Shown one piece after another: positions 36,866 to 45,992 of a stretch of DNA of 50,340 nucleotides. Within the stretch, counting starts at the first letter, position 1, and the number at the start of each line of letters is the position of its first letter. This DNA comes from an uncultured virus (IMG/VR IMGVR_UViG_2061766007_000135). Taxonomy: Duplodnaviria > Heunggongvirae > Uroviricota > Caudoviricetes. The position numbers were made by a program, and so were the translations under genes. The stretch lies in the IMG/VR virus record IMGVR_UViG_2061766007_000135; one strand, written 5' to 3'. The notes beneath the pieces are model-generated. The model was given only the letters and a program-made list of their open reading frames with translations, did not search any database and had not been told where the DNA came from.

Positions 36866-37657
36866 ATGGGTTTGAAATGGAATGAAATGATTGGTAATGT
36901 TTATGGAGATATGTAGGTATTACGACGAGCAACTCAAGCTGAAACTCCTTGGCATAGTCATGAAACACCATTGTGGGTAAAATGTCAGCAATGTGGACAA
37001 GAATGGATTGGCCGCAAAGGTGATATTGAAAAGAAAAAACCTTGCCCTTATTGTCATAAAATTGGTGGACGTGGTCATTATAATAAAGAATTATTAGGAA
37101 AACGATTTGGGTATTTGACTATTAAAGCTTATGATAAAGAATCAACTGCTTCACATAGTGGTGATACTTATTGGATTTGTCAATGTGATTGTGGCAATGT
37201 GATTTCTGTTAGATTAGACCATCTATTGGGACGTTATAGACACTCGCCAACTATTTCATGTGGTTGTGCTACTCGTAGTTCTGGAGAAATTAACACTCAA
37301 TATGCTTTAAAAGATTTAGGATTAGATTATAAAATTGAAACTATTGTGCCGGAATGCCATCAATGGTCGCCTTTTGATATTGAAGTTATCGATCAAAATG
37401 GGGAACGAGTATGTTTTTTTGAATGCGATGGCGAACAGCATTTTAAATTTGTCCCTCAATTTCATACTTCTGAAATGGATTTGATTCATCAGCAAGAAAT
37501 AGATAATATTAAAACACTTTGGTGTAAAGAAAATCATGTGCCGTTATTTAGAATTCCATATACGGATTATACTAGTGTAAATGCGGAGTACCTTATCACT
37601 CGTTTTCCCGAATTCAAAAAACTCTTAGAAAGTTTAGAGTCCAGACAAAACCAATAA
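36866..37657 (+). CDS. Homing-endonuclease-like protein (CxC DNA-binding modules plus PD-(D/E)xK nuclease), 263 aa; TAG at codon 17
   Basis: ATG after AGGAG; MIGNVYGDM(Q)VL parallels the internal LLGKRFGYLTI..WICQCDCGN module; SCGC..SSGE, PFD, ECDGEQHF, D.IK..WC...LFRIPY; AT-rich. Confidence 0.75.
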
Positions 37658-37961
37658 GTCGATTTAAAAAAATTTTTTGCCCGAATGTTACCCGGGGTGA
37701 TTTTGTACTGAAGAAAAAGTGTAAGGGTAGTCTGCCCTAGCAGAAACGCACGCCGGGCCGCCTGCGATCAAGGCGGCCCGATTTTGCGCCCAAACTTCTA
37801 ATGCAAAAATATTTAATACAAATGTCATACAAATTTTACAGATCATTCCAGCCCGAAAGTTCAGCACCTAGTTAACAAAAACTTTACACAAAAACGTATT
37901 GACTTCCTGGCAGACCTATGCTATAATGTAGTCACAAGGTTGAGAGAGGGAGGCCACAAAG

Positions 37962-38363
37962 ATGACTTACTACTGGGACATGGACGGCGTGCTGGCAGAC
38001 TTCCACAAGGCGGCTAATGGTAATTGGTCGAAAGCTCTGCGCTATGACTTCATCGTGAATCTGCCGGCTTTTGAAGAGAATGTCAAAACCCTTAATGAGA
38101 TGATCGCCGCTGGCATTACCTGCTACATTCTGACCAAAGCCGCCAATGCGGACGCGCGCCGCGGCAAGATCGACTGGCTGAAGAAGTATGTTCCTGCGAT
38201 GGATGAAGAGCACTTCATCTGCCTGTACAAAGGTCGCAAGGTGGACAGCATGAAGGAAGAAGGAACGCTCATTGATGACGATCTGACCAACATCAAGCAA
38301 TGGCGCAAAGCTGGTTACACTGCAATCTATCTTGAGACTAAAGGTGAAGCGATTCACCTTTAA
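37962..38363 (+). CDS. HAD-family 5'(3')-deoxyribonucleotidase-like protein, paralog 1
   Basis: WDMDGVLADF, ILT, K.DWLKKY, LIDD..NI..W. Confidence 0.85.
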   Translation: MTYYWDMDGVLADFHKAANGNWSKALRYDFIVNLPAFEENVKTLNEMIAAGITCYILTKAANADARRGKIDWLKKYVPAMDEEHFICLYKGRKVDSMKEEGTLIDDDLTNIKQWRKAGYTAIYLETKGEAIHL

Positions 38364-38591
38364 TCTCAAGCAATAGTAAAGCATACCAGACACAACATAA
38401 TAAACAAAGAAGGGTTGCTTTATGCGAATCACTGTTTAGCAAGAAACAACTAATAACCTAACACTTTTAATATCCTATACAATCAATCTGTATACGTAAG
38501 TTTGAATAACACGTAATAAGTTCTTAACTTGACAGTCCGACGTATCTATGCTATAATGTCTACAGAAACAAGAGAGAGAGGTAAGTAAAAG

Positions 38592-38927
38592 ATGATCAGC
38601 AAGAAGATGGCGGCAATCCTGATGGTGATTATGGTGCTAACTGGTATGGTCCTGGGCGTGCCGTTGGGCAAGCAGTGGATGAGAGAGCACACAACCGTGA
38701 CAGACACTTATCCGCGTATGGGCATCGTAACAGTGGTTGATCACGACAATGATCTAATCACCATCACCGACAGCGTTGGCTTTGACTGGCTGTGGGAAGG
38801 TGCAGAAGATTGGTGCGAAGGTGATCTTGCAAGTATGATAATGGACACCAACGGCACCGACAGCATCACTGATGACATTATCGTGGACATCAGTTACAGT
38901 GGATGGCTTCAGGACGCGAAGTCCTGA
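38592..38927 (+). CDS. Membrane-anchored hypothetical protein
   Basis: N-terminal hydrophobic helix, acidic beta-rich domain; own promoter and RBS. Confidence 0.7.
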   Translation: MISKKMAAILMVIMVLTGMVLGVPLGKQWMREHTTVTDTYPRMGIVTVVDHDNDLITITDSVGFDWLWEGAEDWCEGDLASMIMDTNGTDSITDDIIVDISYSGWLQDAKS

Positions 38928-39154
38928 AGCCTTATCTCACGCAGGCGCGCGCACGGGCGTGTGCGCGCCTAATTCGCACCTATGTATAGTCACACATAAT
39001 TATACGAGCAATCGTCCAGGGTATGCGGCACGTGCGCGCTCCCGATAGTATGCCATACACTATTGACAGGCCCACAAAAAAAGTTGTGCAGACCTCTTGA
39101 CAATAAGCGGATTATGTGCTATACTATAGTCACAAAGAAGGGAGGCAATACTGA

Positions 39155-39601
39155 ATGACTAAAGCAATCTGGTTCGACATGGATGGTACTATCGCTGATC
39201 TGTATGCCGTAGAAGGATGGCTTGCTTACCTCCAGGCAGAAGATACCACTCCTTATGAGCAGGCGAAGGTTATGCACAACATGGCCCAGCTTGCAAAGCT
39301 CCTGCACAGTGTACAGCGCAAAGGTTATACAATAGGTATCATCAGCTGGACGAGCAAGCGTGGCACGCCAGAGTATAATGAGCGTGTGGCAGAGGTAAAG
39401 AGGGCGTGGCTTGACAAGCATCTGCACAGTGTTGTATGGGACGCCATCAATGTAGTAGAGTATGGTACTAACAAGTACAGCGTGTGCAAGGGTGGCATCC
39501 TCTTCGACGATGAGCAAGGCAACAGAGACGCTTGGCAGGATGAAGCACACGAGCCAAAAGACATCATCAAAATCTTGAAAAAAATTATCAAAGAGGCTTG
39601 A
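39155..39601 (+). CDS. HAD-family nucleotidase-like protein, paralog 2
   Basis: FDMDGTIADLY, IISW, KRAWL, ILFDD. Confidence 0.85.
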   Translation: MTKAIWFDMDGTIADLYAVEGWLAYLQAEDTTPYEQAKVMHNMAQLAKLLHSVQRKGYTIGIISWTSKRGTPEYNERVAEVKRAWLDKHLHSVVWDAINVVEYGTNKYSVCKGGILFDDEQGNRDAWQDEAHEPKDIIKILKKIIKEA

Positions 39602-39656
39602 CAACTCAAGCCTCTTGTGCTATAATAGAACCATCAAGAGAGAGGAGTTGACCACG

Positions 39657-39854
39657 ATGCTGTATGAACTGACACTGAACTATGATAATGGTGCGACGAA
39701 AAAAGAGATCGCTGACCTGCCGACACTGATGCACTGTCTGAGTTATTACATGGACGAAGAGCCATGGCACACCATCGACATTATGAACTGCCAGACAGGC
39801 GAAGTCATCGCTATGTGGGAACAGAATGATGACTATGGGGTCACAGTACGATAA
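39657..39854 (+). CDS. Hypothetical protein, 65 aa
   Basis: ATG after GAGGAG; own promoter; followed by a terminator. Confidence 0.7.
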   Translation: MLYELTLNYDNGATKKEIADLPTLMHCLSYYMDEEPWHTIDIMNCQTGEVIAMWEQNDDYGVTVR

Positions 39855-40079
39855 TCCAATGAAGGTTGACCGAAAGGCCAGCCTTTTACTTTTCGCTCGG
39901 CCGCGCGCGGGTGTGCGCGGCCGAGTTTACGCAAGACAATAAGCCCAAGAAAAACAAAATGAAAAAACGCCCTGGCGAACCGGAGTTTTTGATCCCGAAA
40001 TGACTTAACCAATTCTTAACTTGACTTCCTGGCTGATCAGTGGTATACTTAAACCAGAAAAAGGAAAGGGGACAGAACA

Positions 40080-40427
40080 ATGATTAACTTGACTACTTGC
40101 AAAATCTCGTATCACTTTCAGAATGATCGGCAAGAGCGCAAGGCCAAAATCGACAAAATCATCAATAACAATCTGGGGCAAGTGGTTATTGAAGAGTGGT
40201 ACCGCGATGCGTGGCGTTGCCTGACTGATACTGGATTGATTATCATTGTATCCGCAAAGCAAGATTTCATCCTGACTTATTACTTTGCTACAATGAAGAA
40301 AGCTAAAGCAATGTATCACGATGCTTTCAAGACTATGCCGCAAGCCGTAGCAAATAAGATCATCAAAAATGCTAACACCTATTCCGCAATCTATCACGCC
40401 AGCATCAGCGAACGAGACCACGATTAA
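40080..40427 (+). CDS. Hypothetical protein, 115 aa
   Basis: Own promoter and RBS. Confidence 0.75.
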   Translation: MINLTTCKISYHFQNDRQERKAKIDKIINNNLGQVVIEEWYRDAWRCLTDTGLIIIVSAKQDFILTYYFATMKKAKAMYHDAFKTMPQAVANKIIKNANTYSAIYHASISERDHD

Positions 40428-40511
40428 CCAACAGTTAACACAAAAAAGTATTGACAAACCGAACGTCCTATGATATAATAAGTACAACGAAATGAGAGAG
40501 AGGTAATCAAA

Positions 40512-40757
40512 ATGAAGAAGATTCTGGCTGAAGGTTCCCGCAATGTGCTGTTCGTCTGCCGCAACTGCTCCACCACTTACATGGCCGATCTGAGACTGAA
40601 GGGCGATTGGAGCGATGGTGATGCTTGGCGCTCCAGGTCCGGCAAGACCGCGTTCTGCAACTGCCCGCTGTGTGCCACCGAGAACCGCACCGTGCTTGCC
40701 ACCGCGACGGCTTACACCGCCTATGGCGAACTGCTCAATGCCCCTCAGCCTCGCTGA
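40512..40757 (+). CDS. Zinc-ribbon protein, 81 aa
   Basis: CRNC...CPLC; own promoter; terminator CCCCTCAGC/GCTGAGGGG-TTTTT overlaps the stop. Confidence 0.75.
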   Translation: MKKILAEGSRNVLFVCRNCSTTYMADLRLKGDWSDGDAWRSRSGKTAFCNCPLCATENRTVLATATAYTAYGELLNAPQPR

Positions 40758-40936
40758 GGGGTTTTTCATCGGGCCGCGCGCCATCGGTCCTGGCGCGCGG
40801 TTTTTGGGCTGATTGAAGGTCCTGGAGGTTTTTATAGGCAAATGCGCGAATGTTAAGATTTGATAAAGTTCCCGATACCCCTTGACATCCTGGCGCGGCA
40901 GATGTATAATAGTATCAGAAAGTGAGGCGAAAGCAA

Positions 40937-41143
40937 ATGCTTATGAACACTCTGTTAGGCAAGACTTTGGCAATCTGGATGCTGACTGGACACTTTTTCG
41001 CTGGCTGTGTTTTCCTTCTCGTTGGTCTTATCAACTACCACTGGCCGCGCATCAAGTATCGCATTCTCCGGTGGGCGGGCTGGAAGCCGGTTACAATAGT
41101 AGAGAAAACCCCATTCACGCCGACTGGCAAGTACCGCATTTAA
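40937..41143 (+). CDS. Small membrane protein, 68 aa
   Basis: Hydrophobic segment; GTGAGG RBS; own promoter. Confidence 0.65.
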   Translation: MLMNTLLGKTLAIWMLTGHFFAGCVFLLVGLINYHWPRIKYRILRWAGWKPVTIVEKTPFTPTGKYRI

Positions 41144-41216
41144 CCAACGCTTAACTTGACAAAACCCCTTTCACCTGCTATAATAGACTTATCAACAAGA
41201 GAGGAAAGTGATAAGA

Positions 41217-41399
41217 ATGAAAGAAAATAAGACTTCTGCTGGCATCGGTTTCAATGGCCTTCTGGCTCTGCTGTTTATCGGTCTCAAACTGTGTGGCGTG
41301 ATCTCCTGGTCCTGGCTGTGGGTGCTGTCGCCCCTCTGGATCCCTCTGGCTCTGGCTGTTGTGATCTGCCTGTTCATCCTGATTGCCAACCATTTTTAA
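41217..41399 (+). CDS. Small phage membrane protein (GIGF.GLL..LFI.LKL.GVI.WSW.WVL.PLW family)
   Basis: Characteristic motif of a widespread phage two-helix protein family; own promoter. Confidence 0.8.
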   Translation: MKENKTSAGIGFNGLLALLFIGLKLCGVISWSWLWVLSPLWIPLALAVVICLFILIANHF

Positions 41400-41477
41400 C
41401 AAACGCTTTACCTGCGGAGGGGTTGACAAAACCCCTCCAGGGTGCTACAATAGAACCATCGAAAGGAGCTGATTTGA

Positions 41478-41945
41478 ATGAATAAAGAAATCATTAAGGC
41501 TATGCAGGGCAAGAAGGAACACAAGATGCGCAAGTGGTGGCGCCAGAATGGTTACAAAGTTTGGCGTGTGGTACTGTTCCCGCTGTGGATTGGTGAGCTT
41601 CTGAAAAACAAGATTGACAAGCGTCTGAACAGCAAAGAGGAATGGAATGAGGAACGCGCTAATGAGATTCTCAGCTATTACATTCCGCGCCGCGCTGAAT
41701 GGGACGAAAAAGAACAGTGCTTCTACCTTTTCGACAATGGTATGGGCTGGGGCATCGCCTACGCTAAGAAGTTTCTCAAGAGGAAGGATCGCCGCTTCTG
41801 GCAAGTAAACGGCAGCTGGTGGGGCGGTCAAATGCGAATCTTCCTCATTGAAAAGTTTGAACTGGAAGGATTCACAAAAGAAGTCGGCGTTTGTGATGAC
41901 GGATGGACAGAAGTTACTTTCAATCTTAACAAAAAAGGAGCTTGA
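41478..41945 (+). CDS. Hypothetical Trp/basic-rich protein, 155 aa
   Basis: GAAAGGAG RBS, own promoter. Confidence 0.75.
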   Translation: MNKEIIKAMQGKKEHKMRKWWRQNGYKVWRVVLFPLWIGELLKNKIDKRLNSKEEWNEERANEILSYYIPRRAEWDEKEQCFYLFDNGMGWGIAYAKKFLKRKDRRFWQVNGSWWGGQMRIFLIEKFELEGFTKEVGVCDDGWTEVTFNLNKKGA

Positions 41946-41949
41946 TCTT

Positions 41950-42162
41950 ATGACCAAATCTAACACCTTCCCTAAGTCCTTCAACTACACTAACTCACTG
42001 GGTTGCCCCAAAAAGCTGGTGGTGAACGCACCTAACGAAGCGGGCAAGTATTTCGTAACTCTGTGGGAAATGCTCCACGGCGAGTTTTGCGGGAGCGGCG
42101 AAATGACCCGCGAAGAACTGAACAGCTACCTTGAACACTTCGGCATCAGCGGCGGGGTTTGA
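41950..42162 (+). CDS. Hypothetical protein, 70 aa
   Basis: ATG after AAGGAG; true start is downstream of the track start 41848. Confidence 0.7.
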   Translation: MTKSNTFPKSFNYTNSLGCPKKLVVNAPNEAGKYFVTLWEMLHGEFCGSGEMTREELNSYLEHFGISGGV

Positions 42163-42319
42163 TCCCTGCCGCTTTCGTCTGCGCGCCGACGGCCCTGGCG
42201 CGCAGAGTTTGCGATATGATAGGAGCTTCAGATTTTTCAATGTAAAAAGTTGGTAAACTGCCTTGACTTTGTGCGCCCGATATGGTATACTATACCCAGA
42301 TCAAGAGAGAGAGGTGCTT

Positions 42320-42913
42320 ATGATGAAGTCCAGTTACGAAGCTCGCGCGCTTAAGTTCGCCTACACCCTGGTTGCTCTGTTCGCCGATTGTCTGACCTAT
42401 CAGGATTTCCGCGCCGTGATTATGGAATACAATAGGCATCACAGCCGTCAGCTCAATTACTCCTGCGGCGTGTCGCGTATGGTTATCATTCGGGCCGATT
42501 ATGTCATCAAGTTCGACATGGTGCCCGAAGGAATGTTCTCCAATGGTTGTGCTGGTAACAATGCCACCGAAGCAGAAGTCTATGCGCGCAGTGTGGTTGA
42601 TGGTTATGAGTATCTGCTTGCTAAACCTACTTGCATTAACATCAATGGCCGCGATATTACCATTATGCCGCGCATCAGTCACGTGAATGATGAAAGCCGC
42701 TATTATGTCAACTATTGCACAGATGATGAGTATGATTGGCTTTGTGAGAATATCAATGACCTGCATGAAGGTAATCTCGGCTATCGCAATGGTAAGGTCT
42801 GTGTGATCGACTATGCGTGGGATGCCACTTCTGAGAATCAAGACTATGCAAGTCTGACAATGCCCACAAGCGCAAAAGAGCCAGAGCTCTGTTTGAAGTT
42901 CCCCAGTCTCTAA
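42320..42913 (+). CDS. Protein-kinase-like fold protein, 197 aa
   Basis: GVSRMV (Gly loop), YVIKF (catalytic Lys), E..VY (helix C), IMPR hinge, DLHEGN catalytic loop, VIDY Mg-binding. Confidence 0.7.
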   Translation: MMKSSYEARALKFAYTLVALFADCLTYQDFRAVIMEYNRHHSRQLNYSCGVSRMVIIRADYVIKFDMVPEGMFSNGCAGNNATEAEVYARSVVDGYEYLLAKPTCININGRDITIMPRISHVNDESRYYVNYCTDDEYDWLCENINDLHEGNLGYRNGKVCVIDYAWDATSENQDYASLTMPTSAKEPELCLKFPSL

Positions 42914-43119
42914 ACCTCAAGATGCCTAAAAGGCATCTTTTTTGTATGTTNNNNNNNNNNCATAATTATGCAGATCAAATGTATAGTTATGCGCCTGGAC
43001 CTGGCGGCCCGAAACCTGGCACTTTACCAACTCTTAACTTGCAATTTGGCTCCACCTGTGCTATAATAAATACGAACTTGAGGGAAGGACACCCGCCAAA
43101 CCAGAAAGGGATTGATAGT

Positions 43120-43818
43120 ATGACTACCACCAACAAAGCAATCGTTATCGACACCGAGACCTGCAACATCATCAAGAGCGACAAAGTCCAGCCCGGCAAC
43201 AACCTGACCTATGATATTGGCTATTCTAAGATTGAGCCGTCCACCGGCCGAGTGCTTGAGCGCCATTCCTACGTCGTGCGGGAAATCTTCTTCGGCGAAC
43301 GTGAGCGGATGGACAGCGCCTACTATGCGAACAAGCTGCCCCAGTATTATGATGATATTGCATCCGGCAAGCGGATTGTGAAATCCTTCTTTGAAGTGAT
43401 GAACGAAATCAACGAACAGTGCCACAATGACAATGTGATCGCTGTTATCGCTCACAATGCGCGCTTTGATGTGGATGCGCTGAACACCACCGCGCGCTGG
43501 CTGACTGGTCTGGATTATGTGACCGCCCTTCCGCGTGATGTGGAAATTTGGGACAGTATGCAGATGTGGAACGCGGTCAAGCCTGCTAAGTATTCCGCTT
43601 TTTGTGAAGAAAACGGATACAAGACGAACCACAAGCCGCCGCGGGATCGCCTGACCGCTGAAATTATTTACCGCTTCCTATCTGGTGAAATTGACTTTGA
43701 AGAAAGCCACACCGCGCTGGAAGATGTGGAAATCGAAAGTCAGATCGTTTTCGCCTGCTATCGAACCCACAAGCCGCTGAAAGAAGCGCGCGTCCTGTAT
43801 CACGCCAGAAAAGCGTGA
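43120..43818 (+). CDS. DEDDh (DnaQ-like) 3'-5' exonuclease, paralog 1, 232 aa
   Basis: VIDTET, AHNARFD, HTALED; own promoter and RBS. Confidence 0.85.
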   Translation: MTTTNKAIVIDTETCNIIKSDKVQPGNNLTYDIGYSKIEPSTGRVLERHSYVVREIFFGERERMDSAYYANKLPQYYDDIASGKRIVKSFFEVMNEINEQCHNDNVIAVIAHNARFDVDALNTTARWLTGLDYVTALPRDVEIWDSMQMWNAVKPAKYSAFCEENGYKTNHKPPRDRLTAEIIYRFLSGEIDFEESHTALEDVEIESQIVFACYRTHKPLKEARVLYHARKA

Positions 43819-43897
43819 TACAGGACATCACCGAAACTTAACTTGACTTCTGGCGCGATTGATGCTATAATTACTTACGTTGAAAGGGGTTGAGTAA

Positions 43898-44278
43898 ATG
43901 AATCAGATCGAAAAGCTGATGAAGAATCTGGGCATCACGCGCGAAGAAGCGGAACAGATGATGCGCGACGATGAAGCAATCGACAAAGGCGCAAAGCTGT
44001 TTGAACAGACAGCGGAACAGAAAGCCGCCGCGAAAGCCGCTTGCAAAGGGATGGCAAGAGCCGTCAATGCCTACGGTAAAGAAGTCAAGCGAGAGCGCAA
44101 ACCCAACGACTTGAAACGCTGGATCATCGCGCGCGTGAAAGTCCTCTGTGAGGGCTGGGAACTGAACGGCGATGCGCTTAACGTTGCGGTAACAAATCCT
44201 GAGCGCACGATTGACTTTGAGATCGATGGCCACAGCTTCACCTTGACACTGACCGAACACCGCAAACCGAAATCTTAA
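43898..44278 (+). CDS. Hypothetical protein, VNAYGKEVKR family paralog 1
   Basis: Clear similarity to 47909-48316. Confidence 0.8.
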   Translation: MNQIEKLMKNLGITREEAEQMMRDDEAIDKGAKLFEQTAEQKAAAKAACKGMARAVNAYGKEVKRERKPNDLKRWIIARVKVLCEGWELNGDALNVAVTNPERTIDFEIDGHSFTLTLTEHRKPKS

Positions 44279-44360
44279 CTTGACAATCCTGACCGACTGT
44301 GATACAATAAGTACATCAAAGGGCAAGGAAAAGCCCTAAAAACCAGAAAGGATTGATATT

Positions 44361-44708
44361 ATGACTAATAAGATGACCTACGTTGACGCCCTGAACATCG
44401 CCATCGAAACCCTGACCGACGCTGATGTGATCGAAAAGCTGACCGCCCTGCGTGACCAGACCGCGAAGCGCAACAGCACCGAGAACCGCAAGCCCACTAA
44501 GACCCAGCAGGAGAACGCGGAACTCCAGAAGGTGGTTCTCGCCGCCCTGACCCGCGAACCCTGCACCATCTCCGAGCTAATGACCCGCGACGCTCGCCTG
44601 AGCGCCCTGAGCAACCAGAAGGTCGCCGCGCTGACCAACGCTCTGGTCAAGAGTGGGGACGCGCTGAAGATTCCCGACGGTCGCAAGATGACCTTCGCCC
44701 TCGCGTGA
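44361..44708 (+). CDS. Winged-helix-like DNA-binding protein, paralog 1
   Basis: KRNST..KPTK.Q.EN, then TISEL...SNQKVAAL...LVK.G..K wHTH pattern. Confidence 0.7.
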   Translation: MTNKMTYVDALNIAIETLTDADVIEKLTALRDQTAKRNSTENRKPTKTQQENAELQKVVLAALTREPCTISELMTRDARLSALSNQKVAALTNALVKSGDALKIPDGRKMTFALA

Positions 44709-44897
44709 GGGCAATCCCCAGGCCCCAGCCCTCGCGGCTGGGGCTTCATTTGCCGGGCCGACCGCTGCTGGGCGCAGCGGTCGGAATTTGCGATGTATAC
44801 AGGTCTGCATAAATTTACATTCAAAAAGATCAAAAAAAGGGGTTGACAATCACTCCCGAATGTGGTACAATGTTATCAGAAAGTGAGGGACGAACCA

Positions 44898-45074
44898 ATG
44901 AAACGAGCCTTTTTCAAGAGAGTGGACAACCTGGCCGCCTGGGATTTAGACGCCGGATGCCGTCGCATTGTGGATCAATCCACCCCGGCTAATCGCCGCC
45001 TAAAAAAGCGTTTGCGCAAGATGGCCAGAAAGCAACTTAACAAAGAGTTTACAAACGAACCTATTGACAATTAG
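44898..45074 (+). CDS. Small basic protein, 58 aa (ends at TAG)
   Basis: GTGAGG RBS, own promoter; NRRLKKRLRKMARK. Confidence 0.65.
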   Translation: MKRAFFKRVDNLAAWDLDAGCRRIVDQSTPANRRLKKRLRKMARKQLNKEFTNEPIDN

Positions 45075-45119
45075 TCGGATGTATGCTATAATGAGTACAA
45101 CGAAAGGGGTTGAAAGAGA

Positions 45120-45566
45120 ATGAAGAAAGAAATCTGGTTCGATATGGATGGCACTATTGCTGACCTGTACGCGGTGGAAAACTGGCTGGAGTATCTGATC
45201 AATGAGGACACCTACCCTTACGCGCACGCGAAAGTGATGTTGAACTTCTCCCTGCTGGCGCGGTTGCTGAATCGCCTTCAGGATGAGGGCTGGAAGATCG
45301 GGATCATCAGCTGGACTAGCAAGAAGGGGTCGGAAGCCTACAACAGCGCGGTGGAAATGGTCAAGCGCGCGTGGCTGGCCCAGCACCTGCCCAGTGTTGA
45401 ATGGGACGAAATCCGCGTGGTACGCTATGGTACTAACAAGTATGAAACTTGCGGCGGTGGCATCTTGTTTGATGATGAGATCGGGAACCGCGAGAGCTGG
45501 AAAGATGAAGCGCACGAACCGACTGAAATTCTTGATACTCTGAAAGGGCTTCTGATGGGGAAGTAA
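45120..45566 (+). CDS. HAD-family nucleotidase-like protein, paralog 3 (close to paralog 2)
   Basis: IWFDMDGTIADLYAVE.WL.YL, IGIISWTSK, YGTNKY, GGILFDDE shared with 39155-39601. Confidence 0.85.
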   Translation: MKKEIWFDMDGTIADLYAVENWLEYLINEDTYPYAHAKVMLNFSLLARLLNRLQDEGWKIGIISWTSKKGSEAYNSAVEMVKRAWLAQHLPSVEWDEIRVVRYGTNKYETCGGGILFDDEIGNRESWKDEAHEPTEILDTLKGLLMGK

Positions 45567-45604
45567 ATCCCCATCAAGCCCACCAATAGAAAGGATGATA
45601 AATA

Positions 45605-45739
45605 ATGTCTATGAATACTCACATCGGTAAAGCGTTGGCTATTGGTATCTTTGCGGGACATCCTGTAATGGGTTGGTTGTGGGTTGGCGTGGCTTTTGTT
45701 GACTTAACCATCAAACACTGGAAAGCAAGAAAGGGCTAA
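45605..45739 (+). CDS. Small membrane peptide, 44 aa
   Basis: AAGGATGA RBS; MSMNTHIGKALAIGIFAGHPVMGWLWVGVAFVDLTIKHWKARKG. Confidence 0.55.
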   Translation: MSMNTHIGKALAIGIFAGHPVMGWLWVGVAFVDLTIKHWKARKG

Positions 45740-45743
45740 TAGT

Positions 45744-45992
45744 ATGAAGATACAAAAAGATGATTTGTATGATAATGGCTCACTAATCACCCGACAGATA
45801 AAAGAATTTGATGTTGAAATACAAGCATTGACCAACAGAGTTGAAAGAATGCGCAACTTACAACATTTGATCATTAATGGAGTGCGCGAAGGGCTCATTG
45901 TTGACACTAACACCGTGGATTTGGCAATGAGTTGGTTAAATCATTCTCAACTGTCTGCGGATGAAATAATGCAAAAGCTGGACATTTACTAA
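45744..45992 (+). CDS. Hypothetical coiled-coil protein, 82 aa
   Basis: RBS; followed by a terminator-like T-run and a GC hairpin. Confidence 0.65.
   Translation: MKIQKDDLYDNGSLITRQIKEFDVEIQALTNRVERMRNLQHLIINGVREGLIVDTNTVDLAMSWLNHSQLSADEIMQKLDIY

Noticed and set aside
38422..38499. 25-codon ORF with an internal TAG after nucleotidase paralog 1
   Set aside because: Too short, weak RBS, atypical composition; cannot be supported.
42991..43020. Eleventh GC hairpin
   Set aside because: GC-rich and in the expected position but pairing is poor and it lies near a gap.
42922..43119. N-terminal extension of the exonuclease in the track
   Set aside because: Crosses a gap and the gene's own promoter; the RBS supports 43120. 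Similar over-extended starts were corrected for other early genes.
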